Sequence record: NC_070882.1
Reading direction: 5' to 3' (one strand)
Length of the DNA stretch: 64,000 bases
Under the pieces are notes generated by a model. The model searched no databases. It was not told the origin of the DNA and worked only from the letters and a program-made list of their open reading frames with translations. This document shows positions 9,087 to 18,803 of the stretch, one piece after another; the stretch's first letter is position 1, and every line of letters begins with the position of its first letter. The position numbers were made by a program, and so were the translations under genes.

Positions 9087-9455
9087 TCAATACCCTTTAT
9101 TCAAGAGTTCTGCTAAAGCGCGTGCTTGTGAGATATTAGTCGATGCAAAGACATCAGAAAGATATCCTTCGTTTGCTTCAGCTCCTTTACGAAGTTCTTT
9201 CATCAGGTCAGGATTCGCCTTTGCCCATGTTTCCCATAGAGCTAAATATGCATCCCATGAGTTTATAGGACTCAACGGAGGCTTGCCTTTACCGAGCTTC
9301 CAATTAGTACCACCAACATCATAACCTTTAACATCGCATTGGTAGTGCATCTCAATAGTTCGGCCATCGGGCATTACAGCATTTAAGGCGGAGAACCTTT
9401 TATCGCCAACGGAGGAACATTCGTATCCTCCGCGACGTTTCCATCGATATATCAC
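9087..9455 (-). CDS. Conserved phage protein, putative divergent NADAR-like ADP-ribosylhydrolase
   Basis: RFSAL..DGRTIEMHYQ..KG parallels NADAR/T4 30.3 LSNF..DG..S.E.YYQ..K; GTG start overlaps polymerase TGA. Confidence 0.5.
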   Translation of the reverse strand: MIYRWKRRGGYECSSVGDKRFSALNAVMPDGRTIEMHYQCDVKGYDVGGTNWKLGKGKPPLSPINSWDAYLALWETWAKANPDLMKELRKGAEANEGYLSDVFASTNISQARALAELLNKGY

Positions 9456-11395
9456 TTTGGGGAGTTAGCCTTCTTATCCAAATAAAGCTTCAGCATCTCA
9501 TCCAGCTTCGGAGCCTTCATGATTTTCTGACAGATCTCAATGGCATTAACACGTCCACCTGTTAAGTTCACACCTACTTCTCGACGATGATGTTCGGAGA
9601 TATCTTTCATCATGGAGAATTCCATGACAGTTGTTTCCCGAGCGATATTGAGAATCTGACTAACGTTCGGATAAGTCGAAACGATGTCAAGGTCAGCTAC
9701 GTGACTAAAGATCAAAGTCTTGTAATCAGGTAAGTCCTTAACACACTTCAACCCATTTGGACCAGCCATATAGGACGGCAGTGTAACAATCCAGCTATCA
9801 TGACCTACAACGTATTGATCTAGCTCGTGAACCATCTGGTCAGAGCTAGTTCCAATTACGCATGGCTCAGGACGGTTCAGATACCAGAAGTGCATATCGT
9901 CACAGAGACGCTTCGGGTTAGAGCTGAAGTTCTTATAGTCAGAAGACTTAGAGAACAGAGTAATCGAACTAGCAAGGTCGTTGATCTTTTCATCCAGTTG
10001 TTCCAGACGAATGGAGTCAATGATGTTGTAAAGACCATAACGAACCTTGTGGTTCTTCTGCATCTCAATGTGCCATTCGATACCACCAAGATGATCAGTT
10101 TCAGCAAACTTAAGTTTACCAAAGTTCATTGTGTAACGAACATGGTTACCTAGGTGTACAGTTTCACCCCAAGTGAAATGCTCTACTGGCGTCCAATCAT
10201 CCTCTTTACCGCTATAGTTAACAAACAGATACGGATAACTACCAGGACGTTCTACCAGAAGTTTATCAAGACTCTTCTTGAATTTAATCAGATCTTCTTC
10301 ACCAAGAATCTCTGTTTCTTCATCAACGTTTAGCTCCTTCTTAAGAATATAGTCGAGAGCATACGAAGGCTCTTTACCTTTAGCAAGACGAGTTACCCGA
10401 TACGTAGACATCGCATCAATGGGTTGGAAAGAGGCAGGACATGTAATCCAATGCCACTGATCTTCAGGTCCCTTAGATTTAGTAACACCAGAAGCGGTAG
10501 TTGTCATCGCCTGGTCTTGGCGGAAATGGAAATACTTGTAATTATTAGGAACAGACGGATCGCTAAATACAAGTGCCGGATCAACTCCTGCATCTTCCAG
10601 GGTCTTCAAGATTCGACTCATGTCGAAGCTGATGTTCCAGAAAGAGAAGAAGTCTGGTTTCCATTCGTGTAGCCGCTTAATACAGTTAATGACAATGTGA
10701 ACTGGTTGATCAACCACTTCGATTTCTATTTTAAGATTACGGCCATTACGAAGTGCACCCAATTCAGGAATACGTTCTAGTTCCTCGAACGTTTCTTTCA
10801 CGGGGTCTTTAAGATCACTAACCCAATGTTTAAGATAGGCAAGATAAACGTTTTCTTTATGGCTTACGGACATACAGATAATCTGTCCGTCTTTTCCATC
10901 TTCGTAAACGTTGGTCTCAATATCACCACCTGCTACCGTGTTACGAGAAATGAGATCAGGTGCAGCAGTTCGATAATCGTTCTTCAAGCAGCATACAGAA
11001 CTAACGTCCGCACCATACAGGTAAGGACTTCGACTCAGTTGACGAAGCCTAGGGTTAGGTCCCATGCTGTAATCACCCAGAGCTTTAGCAATCGCATGCG
11101 GCATGTTAATCTGGGTAGACTTACGTTTAATAAGCTTACTAGCGTACTCATAGTCTTTCTTCTCATGATAGGTACGCTGGCTTTCTTTTTTATTTGCTTC
11201 AGGATCCAGCCACCATGGCCGTTCATAATCCTCAATAAACCTCAGTCGTGGAATCCTGCGTTTATCTTTAAGATGCACGACTTCTTTAACAACATGTAAG
11301 TCATGCTTACGGTGATTCCTATCGGTGACGTATGTAATATGTTTAGCCTCGACACCGATTACATCTTCTTTACTGAAAGAAATATTATCACTCAT
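9452..11395 (-). CDS. Split family-B DNA polymerase, exonuclease plus motif-A half (phiKZ gp82-like)
   Basis: ExoI DIET, ExoII FWNISFD, ExoIII YNIID and PolB motif A DLDIVSTYP; motifs B and C absent. Confidence 0.88.
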   Translation of the reverse strand: MSDNISFSKEDVIGVEAKHITYVTDRNHRKHDLHVVKEVVHLKDKRRIPRLRFIEDYERPWWLDPEANKKESQRTYHEKKDYEYASKLIKRKSTQINMPHAIAKALGDYSMGPNPRLRQLSRSPYLYGADVSSVCCLKNDYRTAAPDLISRNTVAGGDIETNVYEDGKDGQIICMSVSHKENVYLAYLKHWVSDLKDPVKETFEELERIPELGALRNGRNLKIEIEVVDQPVHIVINCIKRLHEWKPDFFSFWNISFDMSRILKTLEDAGVDPALVFSDPSVPNNYKYFHFRQDQAMTTTASGVTKSKGPEDQWHWITCPASFQPIDAMSTYRVTRLAKGKEPSYALDYILKKELNVDEETEILGEEDLIKFKKSLDKLLVERPGSYPYLFVNYSGKEDDWTPVEHFTWGETVHLGNHVRYTMNFGKLKFAETDHLGGIEWHIEMQKNHKVRYGLYNIIDSIRLEQLDEKINDLASSITLFSKSSDYKNFSSNPKRLCDDMHFWYLNRPEPCVIGTSSDQMVHELDQYVVGHDSWIVTLPSYMAGPNGLKCVKDLPDYKTLIFSHVADLDIVSTYPNVSQILNIARETTVMEFSMMKDISEHHRREVGVNLTGGRVNAIEICQKIMKAPKLDEMLKLYLDKKANSPK

Positions 11396-11503
11396 TTTTG
11401 AGCTTCCTTTTTAAAACTTAAATCACGTAGTATTAATCACCAGAGTAATCTCTCATTCGAGCTTTACTTTATGATTAATAAAACTGACGAGTAGGCCACT
11501 CTC

Positions 11504-12751
11504 ATGTATAACCGATACACTATCTCTCAAGAGATGTTAGCAGTTGGAGCTAAATCCAACATTGGACCGATCACTGAAAAATACGTTACTCTTATCAGAG
11601 AAGCGTATAAAAAGGACAAGATCATTCCCGTTAGTTTGTTTACTGATTTTGCAAAAGAATTAAAAGTTGAAACCGGTATTAATTACGAGTTTACTGTCAG
11701 TGGTGACTCCGGATTAGACGCCGGCGTTAGCCTAGAAATGATGGCGTTGGGTCATAGCGGTACTTGGTATAATGCACATAAGTGGCTTCGAGCAGAGAAC
11801 AGCTATAACGATCCGCGGAAACTTGAAACCATTATCGATGTTAAGAACGTTCGTGTTAAAGGTGGTCTCGCCGATGAACTGAAATTTAAGATGTATATCT
11901 CTCTTGGGTTCATTAGTGAGAAACTAGGTTTCACCATTCGTGAAGTAACTGCTGCTCTTGTTCACGAAATAGGACACACCTTTAACGTCTTTATGTACAT
12001 GGGCGACTACGTATGGCTTAACTATTATCTTACCGATGGAATTGAAATTCTACAAGGTAAGAAAAACAACGTATTCAAGCTTGAGGTTCTCACCGATAAA
12101 TGGTTGAAGGAAAACCTTAAAGAAGAAGAATACCAGGCCTACATTAATGACCGCTCTGATATCGGTAACGTTCGCCGTGCTATTCTATCTGCTTATAAAA
12201 AGGCACCACGACACCATTTGATGAATAACCCCGTTACAGCAATGCGACGTGAAGAGCAGATGGCAGATATGTTTGCCTCTCGTTTGGGTTATGGTCGTGA
12301 TCTAGCGACATGCCTCCATAAGTTCGATAAATACTACGGAATGGAGTACCAAGAGTCTGGGTACATCATGTTGATTATCCATGCCTTGGCCATGCTTTGG
12401 TTCTCACCATTAGTCATGTTGGTTATTCTTACAAATAGCGAAGTAGATGAATTCAATTTCTCTGCACGTTACGATGACCCACGTGAACGAATCATGAAAG
12501 TCCGTCGAGATCTTATTGCTCAACTACGTAGAACTGATACAGTTAAAGATAAAGCTTCGATGAGTGATGATGTTAAAGCTATCGATGACATTATTCGAGA
12601 CTTTTCTAATAACCGTAATTTGTTCGATACCGTCCTAGAATTCTTCCGTCCAGCTCGTCGTAAAGAAACTCAGTATAAACAAACTGAAGAGAATCTTGAG
12701 ACATTGCTGAACAATGATTTGTTCTTACAAGCTTTCCGCTTAACTCAATAA
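11504..12751 (+). CDS. Zincin-like metallopeptidase-domain protein (gp83-like, probably virion-associated)
   Basis: AALVHEIGH (HExxH) and downstream EEQMADMFA..GYG, gluzincin/M48-like. Confidence 0.7.
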   Translation: MYNRYTISQEMLAVGAKSNIGPITEKYVTLIREAYKKDKIIPVSLFTDFAKELKVETGINYEFTVSGDSGLDAGVSLEMMALGHSGTWYNAHKWLRAENSYNDPRKLETIIDVKNVRVKGGLADELKFKMYISLGFISEKLGFTIREVTAALVHEIGHTFNVFMYMGDYVWLNYYLTDGIEILQGKKNNVFKLEVLTDKWLKENLKEEEYQAYINDRSDIGNVRRAILSAYKKAPRHHLMNNPVTAMRREEQMADMFASRLGYGRDLATCLHKFDKYYGMEYQESGYIMLIIHALAMLWFSPLVMLVILTNSEVDEFNFSARYDDPRERIMKVRRDLIAQLRRTDTVKDKASMSDDVKAIDDIIRDFSNNRNLFDTVLEFFRPARRKETQYKQTEENLETLLNNDLFLQAFRLTQ

Positions 12752-12766
12752 ACAAGGTAGACCGAA

Positions 12767-13207
12767 ATGCGTACTGGTTTTGAAATTGCCCGTATCCTGA
12801 AAGAAATTAAATCCCCGACCAACAATGATCGTCAAGCTCGCGCCATGTTTGTAGCTAACGCTGTTGGTTTCTTTGTCCAGCTTGATCCATCTCTTTCTTG
12901 TGAAGAGTTGATTGATGCACACATGCCTATGTTGAAGAAGGTAGCTGGCCAGGTTAACGAGAATATTGCTCTCGACCTGAATCTGACTCGTGAACTCTTT
13001 AAACAAGTCATCCGTATCCGATTGGAACTGATTAACTGTGTTAGCGATCCTGCTATCATTGAAGCTGCAATGAAATCCGTTACAGCAGAAGATTATCAGA
13101 CAATCGATGAAACCGCTACCGCTAACATGCTTGCCAGTCGTTTTGATTTCGCTAAGAGTCAAAATGCTATAGCCAGTGTTCTGCGTCAGCTTGAAGTAGA
13201 AGGCTAA
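12767..13207 (+). CDS. Hypothetical protein
   Basis: 146 aa in + strand operon. Confidence 0.75.
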   Translation: MRTGFEIARILKEIKSPTNNDRQARAMFVANAVGFFVQLDPSLSCEELIDAHMPMLKKVAGQVNENIALDLNLTRELFKQVIRIRLELINCVSDPAIIEAAMKSVTAEDYQTIDETATANMLASRFDFAKSQNAIASVLRQLEVEG

Positions 13208-13224
13208 TTCAGGGAGGGGTCGTC

Positions 13225-13527
13225 ATGATCGACCATACCCATGATGACTTAGTTCACCCGCGTATTACAAAAGCATACGCAAAGTCATTAATCGTAAAAG
13301 AGAAGATCATCTCTGACCCTGAAATGTTGGTGACAGTCTGCATTACTAAATTACGTAATGGCCATCGGATTGTCACCGATGCAATTGTAGCGAATAAAGC
13401 AGCATTCGATTCTAAGCGTGGAGTTGTAGTAGCCAGGCGAAAAGCAATTGAAGAAATTATTCGTTTAGAATTGTACCTCTTACGTGACAAGCTTTACGAG
13501 CATTCTAAAGGTAATGAAAATGCATGA
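13225..13527 (+). CDS. Phage Gp49/66 family protein, Acb4-like nucleotide sponge candidate
   Basis: PRIT..TVC..LRNG..N..FD..G..AR..AI..I..LE.YLL matches the recalled PF13876 consensus; SD GGAGG. Confidence 0.7.
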   Translation: MIDHTHDDLVHPRITKAYAKSLIVKEKIISDPEMLVTVCITKLRNGHRIVTDAIVANKAAFDSKRGVVVARRKAIEEIIRLELYLLRDKLYEHSKGNENA

Positions 13528-14758
13528 ATACGATGACGTTCTTATTGAAGGACAACGACAGTTAGGTGAAGAGCTTGAAGCAGCTCCCGTCCGTGGAGTT
13601 CAGCTCGATCCAAATCTGCAAGAAAAGCTACATGCTGCATTGGAGCATATTAGCACGCTAGACGATCTACGTTCTACTATCCGTGCCGAAGGTGTTAGTT
13701 CGCATGATATCACAGCTCTTCGTGGTATCCATAGTTCCATGGAAGCTATTGGTTTGAATGTGCCAGTACTACCATCTCTGGAAAACTATAACGCTCTATT
13801 TACGCCCACACGTACTAGCTTGAATCTAAAGGTTTCTAATGAAGCTATTGGTTCGGCTATTATGGCTACCATTAAAGAATGGTTCCATGTACTGGTTGAC
13901 TTTATTGTAAAGACAATCCGTTGGGTTAAGTCAGTTGAGATGAATGACGAAGTGATCCAAGGTAGGATCGTTTCTATTAACGAAAAAATCGTTAAATTAG
14001 AATCCAACTGGAAAGAGATGCAAGCTTTGAACCGTTTGGGTAATCGTAATCTTGATCGTAAGTATTACGAAGCTGCCGAAGTGGTTCTACTTGATCCTAA
14101 GCTACCCCGCTCTGATATCGGCCTGTTGGCTTTTGGTGTAGATGATGATCTTCGTCGAATCCGAAATATCCAACAAGAAGCACAAAAATTTGGTGCACAA
14201 CTGCTGGAGCAAATTCGACAGCTTCGTCAAGTAATGGATCGCTCTCGTTTAGAACTTGGCTTTGAATCTCATATTGGACCACGACTACAGTCTCTGGCAG
14301 AAACGCTGAAGAACATGGATAGTCAGTCTGACGATCCTAACTTCTATATCAAACACAAACGAGTTGGTATTCGTTTCTTTGAAGATACTAAACGCATGTT
14401 AAAGCGTGAGCCAATTACATATAAGTTCATCTATGAGCTCTATGGTAAATGTGCAGACGAACTGCGTAAAGTGAATCGATTTGATCTAGAAGAATCTGTT
14501 GTACCACTTCCTAAACTTCAGGCTGTTATTGCCAACGTTAACGCTGGTATTGAAGCACTGAATGACATGGTTAAGGTATTCAGTCGTATTCCTCTTTATC
14601 AGTACAAAGCTGGTGCAACATATGCCAACTTCTTCATCAAGGCGCACGACATCGTTCGTGAAGATTTCTATGCTCATGTCGCAAGTGACGTAGCTAATGC
14701 CGCCTGGGATAAACTGATTAAGCGTTTTGAAGATATCAAACGTGAGCTTGGTATTTGA
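13520..14758 (+). CDS. Virion structural (head) protein (gp84-like)
   Basis: Helical protein with SLE/SNE protease-type sites; start 13514 or 13520. Confidence 0.65.
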   Translation: MHEYDDVLIEGQRQLGEELEAAPVRGVQLDPNLQEKLHAALEHISTLDDLRSTIRAEGVSSHDITALRGIHSSMEAIGLNVPVLPSLENYNALFTPTRTSLNLKVSNEAIGSAIMATIKEWFHVLVDFIVKTIRWVKSVEMNDEVIQGRIVSINEKIVKLESNWKEMQALNRLGNRNLDRKYYEAAEVVLLDPKLPRSDIGLLAFGVDDDLRRIRNIQQEAQKFGAQLLEQIRQLRQVMDRSRLELGFESHIGPRLQSLAETLKNMDSQSDDPNFYIKHKRVGIRFFEDTKRMLKREPITYKFIYELYGKCADELRKVNRFDLEESVVPLPKLQAVIANVNAGIEALNDMVKVFSRIPLYQYKAGATYANFFIKAHDIVREDFYAHVASDVANAAWDKLIKRFEDIKRELGI

Positions 14759-14767
14759 CAACATATT

Positions 14768-14786
14768 GCCCGGCATTGAGCCGGGC
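14768..14786. terminator. Bidirectional terminator
   Basis: GCCCGGC-ATTGA-GCCGGGC between convergent genes. Confidence 0.8.
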
Positions 14787-14796
14787 TTTATGTCGT

Positions 14797-17712
14797 TTAG
14801 TTATTCAGTACTTCGTGTTTAAGGAAGTTGAATTGAACGTCGTCTTCCACAGTTAACTCTTGGTTAGCAAGAACAACAAGCTTCTTACGAATCGCGAGGC
14901 GAACAGCATCATCTTCAACTGTAAGAATGGCGTAGTTATTAGTGCCACCCAAACCGAATACCTCAAGTGCCTGTACCCCGTCACCAGACGTCGCTTCAAG
15001 TTGAGCAACTGTATCAGACATCGATACAGTCTTACGACTGATGTATTCATTAAGTACAGACTTACCGTTAGCCATAAGGCTAGGTCGAATTGTAGTGTTG
15101 GTATATTCAGCTGGTTTCAGATAGAAACTAAGAGTGAATGCTTGATCGACGGAGATGGTAGCTTTCTGACCTTCACGTACGGTAACAGTAGTATCACCAT
15201 AAGTGGTAGTCGGATAGAGATACATCTCACACATTTCAAGTAACTGTGCATCGAGGATACTGATGTCATTCTCAAGCCATGTAACGAATTCCATCGGAAT
15301 TTCGACTTTGTAATCAAGTGCCGATTTTTCATTGGCAAAGTAGAATAGTCCATCAACCATCATTAAAGTAATTTCACGTAGACGCTTACGCGGTGCAACC
15401 AAAATAGGTTTACCGTTTGAGTCTAGCATTACATCGCCTTTCTGGTGCTTGCGAACCTGATTACCTTGTGCATCCAATACCGGATCACCTTTACGATGAA
15501 GTATCTCATAATCGAGAGTACCATCGGGTTTAATCGTTACAATGATGTTACCTGCTTCATCGCGTTTATATTCGTTTTCCTCATAGAACCACATTACATC
15601 ATGTTCCCAGTGCTGATAAGACTCATCACCAAGTACAGTACGACTACGTCGCCACATTTTGGTCATGTCATAACCAAGTGTTGTAACTAGACGTTCACGG
15701 TTGACAACCATGAATTGTTGTGGCAATAGGTGGGCTTGAACCATTTCATCGATCTGGTTAGGTTGATAACCAGGTGTACTCGTATTAACAACAAGGATAG
15801 TGATATCAAACATGTTATTTAGAGTACTCGCGAAATTGTTTTGCACCTCGGAGAACATCGACATGTTAGTCGTGTAGAGCTCGTTCTTGGAATTGATGTC
15901 ATGGTTAGTTTTGATATCAAAAGTAAATACGCGCTCACCGTCTTCGATACCAATGAACTTACCATTAACAGAAGCCCAGCGTACTTCACCAGCTGGCTGA
16001 TAGCCAATTTGAAGTACAACTTGTTCATCAGCTAGTTTCTTGAACTGCTCGCCAGATTCTAAACGAACTGTAATTCGATAACCTTCATCCGTTTTAACTA
16101 TATCAAAGACATCGATAGCAGCTTGTAAATTAGCTGTGTCGTTCTCACCAACAAAAATCTTTTCGGTGATTGTTGGATTGTCTAAATAGTAGGGACGAAC
16201 CTCAAAATTCTCACGCGATGCATCTAGTACGTTATGGAACGGAGAATACACGTAACGGCCATTGTTCACCTCACGTGCAATCTGTTCGGCGGTGCTGCCT
16301 TTTAGACGATCAATCTCAGCATCAGCAACGGTGTTAACACGACCATTATTGAACGTGTAGAGCATACTAGGTTTGATCGTTAATCGATCACCATTGTCCG
16401 CTACATGTATAGAGCCCGCCAAAGACTCCATATCGACTTTAAGTTGCGACATGGCTACACCAGCACCAGAAATAACATCAAGCGACCTCGGAGCTCCTAG
16501 ACGCCTTGAAGCGAGGAACTGTCTATTCGTAATGTTATCGATATTGGATACGAGTGTATAACCACGCCGATTAACTGCGTCAGTAATTTGAACGTTAGTA
16601 ATAGGTACTTGGTTTGCACCGAGTGTATTATTAATAACCTGATTACGGAGTACGTTAAAATCAACAGAATTCGCACCTCCTTCTACTCGACCACGGGCCA
16701 GAGATTGAATGAGGTTAAACGTTGTCAACGGAGACACATACGAGCTATCGTCATCAATAGAGTTCAGATAGAACTTAAACTGGTTTGCTTTATAAGCACC
16801 TAGGTCGCGATCCATCTTTCCTTGGGTAGTATAGATATCGATACGGATATCACCCTGTGCCATTCGTGTGTTTGTATAGATAGTTGGAATACTCACTTGG
16901 AGTTTATTACCAATAACTTTAAACACAACGGTCAGTTCCATTGGGTCATAGACCAAAGCCGAGTGAGTCGTTTTAAGTTCCACCCAATTATCATCTTCAG
17001 TACGGCTGATGTACGCCCGCGCATAGAAGAACTGATCGGTGAATGTATACGACTCTTGGAAAAGACTAGATGGGTTAAGAGATTCGGTATGTGTCTTTAC
17101 TGCGAACTGATAGACCGGGATACTAAGAGAAATAACCTTACGTCGATCAATGACGAGCATAGACCATGGTACAATGTTCGTCGATAGGGTTTCCACAGGT
17201 GACTTTTTATCGAGGACATATTCGATAGTAATACCACCGTGACGCATAACCCGAATTTCAATTGGGTACTGCATCGTGAATTTAATACCAGCTGCATCAA
17301 ATTCCGTTAAGCGCGGTATAACTAGTTTCTTGATACCTGTATCTCCGACGGCCACTGCTTTAGCAATAACTTCATCGTAGGCAATCAAGAAATTGAAGGT
17401 TGTTCTAGCGGGAGAAGCAAAGCGTCCAATATAGTCATCATCTGACATGTGTTTATAGAGCTCTTCACTACCCAGCGAAAGACGTGGATACAGCTGACGT
17501 CCCAATGCCTCCATTTCACCAATTGCCATCGCGGTTTCCATGGAACCGATCTCAAGCGAGAATACAAAAGGGATAGACGCATCTGGAATATCAGCAATGA
17601 CGGCTCCATTACTAGAGCCGTTCATTTGTGTATCCAGTTCATTAAGAGCGATGGTTTGCATCAACGCTGGATTACGTCGAGCACTATACATCCGTTCTTT
17701 AAACTGACTCAT
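14797..17712 (-). CDS. Large virion structural protein, putative baseplate wedge (gp87-like)
   Basis: 971 aa, beta-rich; size and position match phiKZ gp87; wedge role inferred. Confidence 0.65.
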   Translation of the reverse strand: MSQFKERMYSARRNPALMQTIALNELDTQMNGSSNGAVIADIPDASIPFVFSLEIGSMETAMAIGEMEALGRQLYPRLSLGSEELYKHMSDDDYIGRFASPARTTFNFLIAYDEVIAKAVAVGDTGIKKLVIPRLTEFDAAGIKFTMQYPIEIRVMRHGGITIEYVLDKKSPVETLSTNIVPWSMLVIDRRKVISLSIPVYQFAVKTHTESLNPSSLFQESYTFTDQFFYARAYISRTEDDNWVELKTTHSALVYDPMELTVVFKVIGNKLQVSIPTIYTNTRMAQGDIRIDIYTTQGKMDRDLGAYKANQFKFYLNSIDDDSSYVSPLTTFNLIQSLARGRVEGGANSVDFNVLRNQVINNTLGANQVPITNVQITDAVNRRGYTLVSNIDNITNRQFLASRRLGAPRSLDVISGAGVAMSQLKVDMESLAGSIHVADNGDRLTIKPSMLYTFNNGRVNTVADAEIDRLKGSTAEQIAREVNNGRYVYSPFHNVLDASRENFEVRPYYLDNPTITEKIFVGENDTANLQAAIDVFDIVKTDEGYRITVRLESGEQFKKLADEQVVLQIGYQPAGEVRWASVNGKFIGIEDGERVFTFDIKTNHDINSKNELYTTNMSMFSEVQNNFASTLNNMFDITILVVNTSTPGYQPNQIDEMVQAHLLPQQFMVVNRERLVTTLGYDMTKMWRRSRTVLGDESYQHWEHDVMWFYEENEYKRDEAGNIIVTIKPDGTLDYEILHRKGDPVLDAQGNQVRKHQKGDVMLDSNGKPILVAPRKRLREITLMMVDGLFYFANEKSALDYKVEIPMEFVTWLENDISILDAQLLEMCEMYLYPTTTYGDTTVTVREGQKATISVDQAFTLSFYLKPAEYTNTTIRPSLMANGKSVLNEYISRKTVSMSDTVAQLEATSGDGVQALEVFGLGGTNNYAILTVEDDAVRLAIRKKLVVLANQELTVEDDVQFNFLKHEVLNN

Positions 17713-17722
17713 TAAAATTTCC

Positions 17723-18766
17723 TCAACTTGGATTGTATCCGCGTGTTAGGTTACCGCCGGCCATTTGGTCGTAGATAGACTTAGGTACGTGCCATTCTAA
17801 TTCCATATTCGCACTATTAATGTACGGGTAGGCCTGGAAGTTAAACCATTTCTTTTCATGCTGTCGTAACTTTTGTGTCAAACGCCCACGGTTGTTATCT
17901 CGCATCAGCGGGTTAAATGTTTCAACAAGATCATTAAACTCATAGATCAAGATATGATCGTAAATTGTCATTCCCATGCAACGGAAACTAAAGTTGAGTT
18001 GATCACTTGCAGTTTGGAACGGTGTCTCTGCTCCATCACCAGTAAAGTTAATAATTTGACCAGTTGGAGCATTCATTGGTAAAGCAGCACCACATGCAGC
18101 AATACGGGTTACAAATGTTTTAGTGGAGTCCATTACCAGGCGATAGATACGCGTGTTGGCATCGTATTCATTAAGCATCAATAAATCGGGATAGGGTAGG
18201 ATACGACCTTCTCTATTAAGTCCCATATAGACTAGCCAGATCTTGAACATCCATGTTATAGGATCTCCAGCAATATTGCGGAATGTCGCCTGTAAATCGT
18301 AGGTGTTGTACTGATATGGCACGTCGTCCACATAGGACATTACGTCACGGTAAACACCGGGTGTTGTGGTACCGAGATTAATAGTAAAATCTTCCCAACC
18401 AGTAAGACTAATCAAGTTGTTACTAAGAAGGGGGATAAACGGGTTAAGAGGATCTACTCCACCGCACCATGCTGTGCCACCTGCACTATGTGCTCTCGGA
18501 TCCAAATATGCCCTAACCATACGCTCGATACTCTGTGGGTTAGGATTCAGGATCATGGACAGTCGCCTGTCCACCATGCAGTTATCTTCAGCCAGGTTCA
18601 GTAATGGACGGGTAAAGAAAGTATAACCATGGTTTTCTGTATTTAACGAAATCGCATTGTTACGACCTGTGATGTTCAGGCCTTTGAATGAATCTTCAAT
18701 GGAACGATCACGCGGCGACATCCCAATGTTTTGTGTAATTTGCGTTAGATAATCACTTAATGCCAT
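17723..18766 (-). CDS. Virion structural protein, tail-tube-like/baseplate (gp88-like)
   Basis: 347 aa adjacent to the gp87-like gene; synteny. Confidence 0.6.
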   Translation of the reverse strand: MALSDYLTQITQNIGMSPRDRSIEDSFKGLNITGRNNAISLNTENHGYTFFTRPLLNLAEDNCMVDRRLSMILNPNPQSIERMVRAYLDPRAHSAGGTAWCGGVDPLNPFIPLLSNNLISLTGWEDFTINLGTTTPGVYRDVMSYVDDVPYQYNTYDLQATFRNIAGDPITWMFKIWLVYMGLNREGRILPYPDLLMLNEYDANTRIYRLVMDSTKTFVTRIAACGAALPMNAPTGQIINFTGDGAETPFQTASDQLNFSFRCMGMTIYDHILIYEFNDLVETFNPLMRDNNRGRLTQKLRQHEKKWFNFQAYPYINSANMELEWHVPKSIYDQMAGGNLTRGYNPS

Positions 18767-18803
18767 TTTTCAAATCTCTGTGAACAAATGAAGGAAGAGA
18801 ACG

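Noticed and set aside
9452-11395. PolB lacking motifs B and C, possibly a pseudogene or intron-split gene
   Set aside because: The split polymerase is a known family trait; the other half is encoded elsewhere
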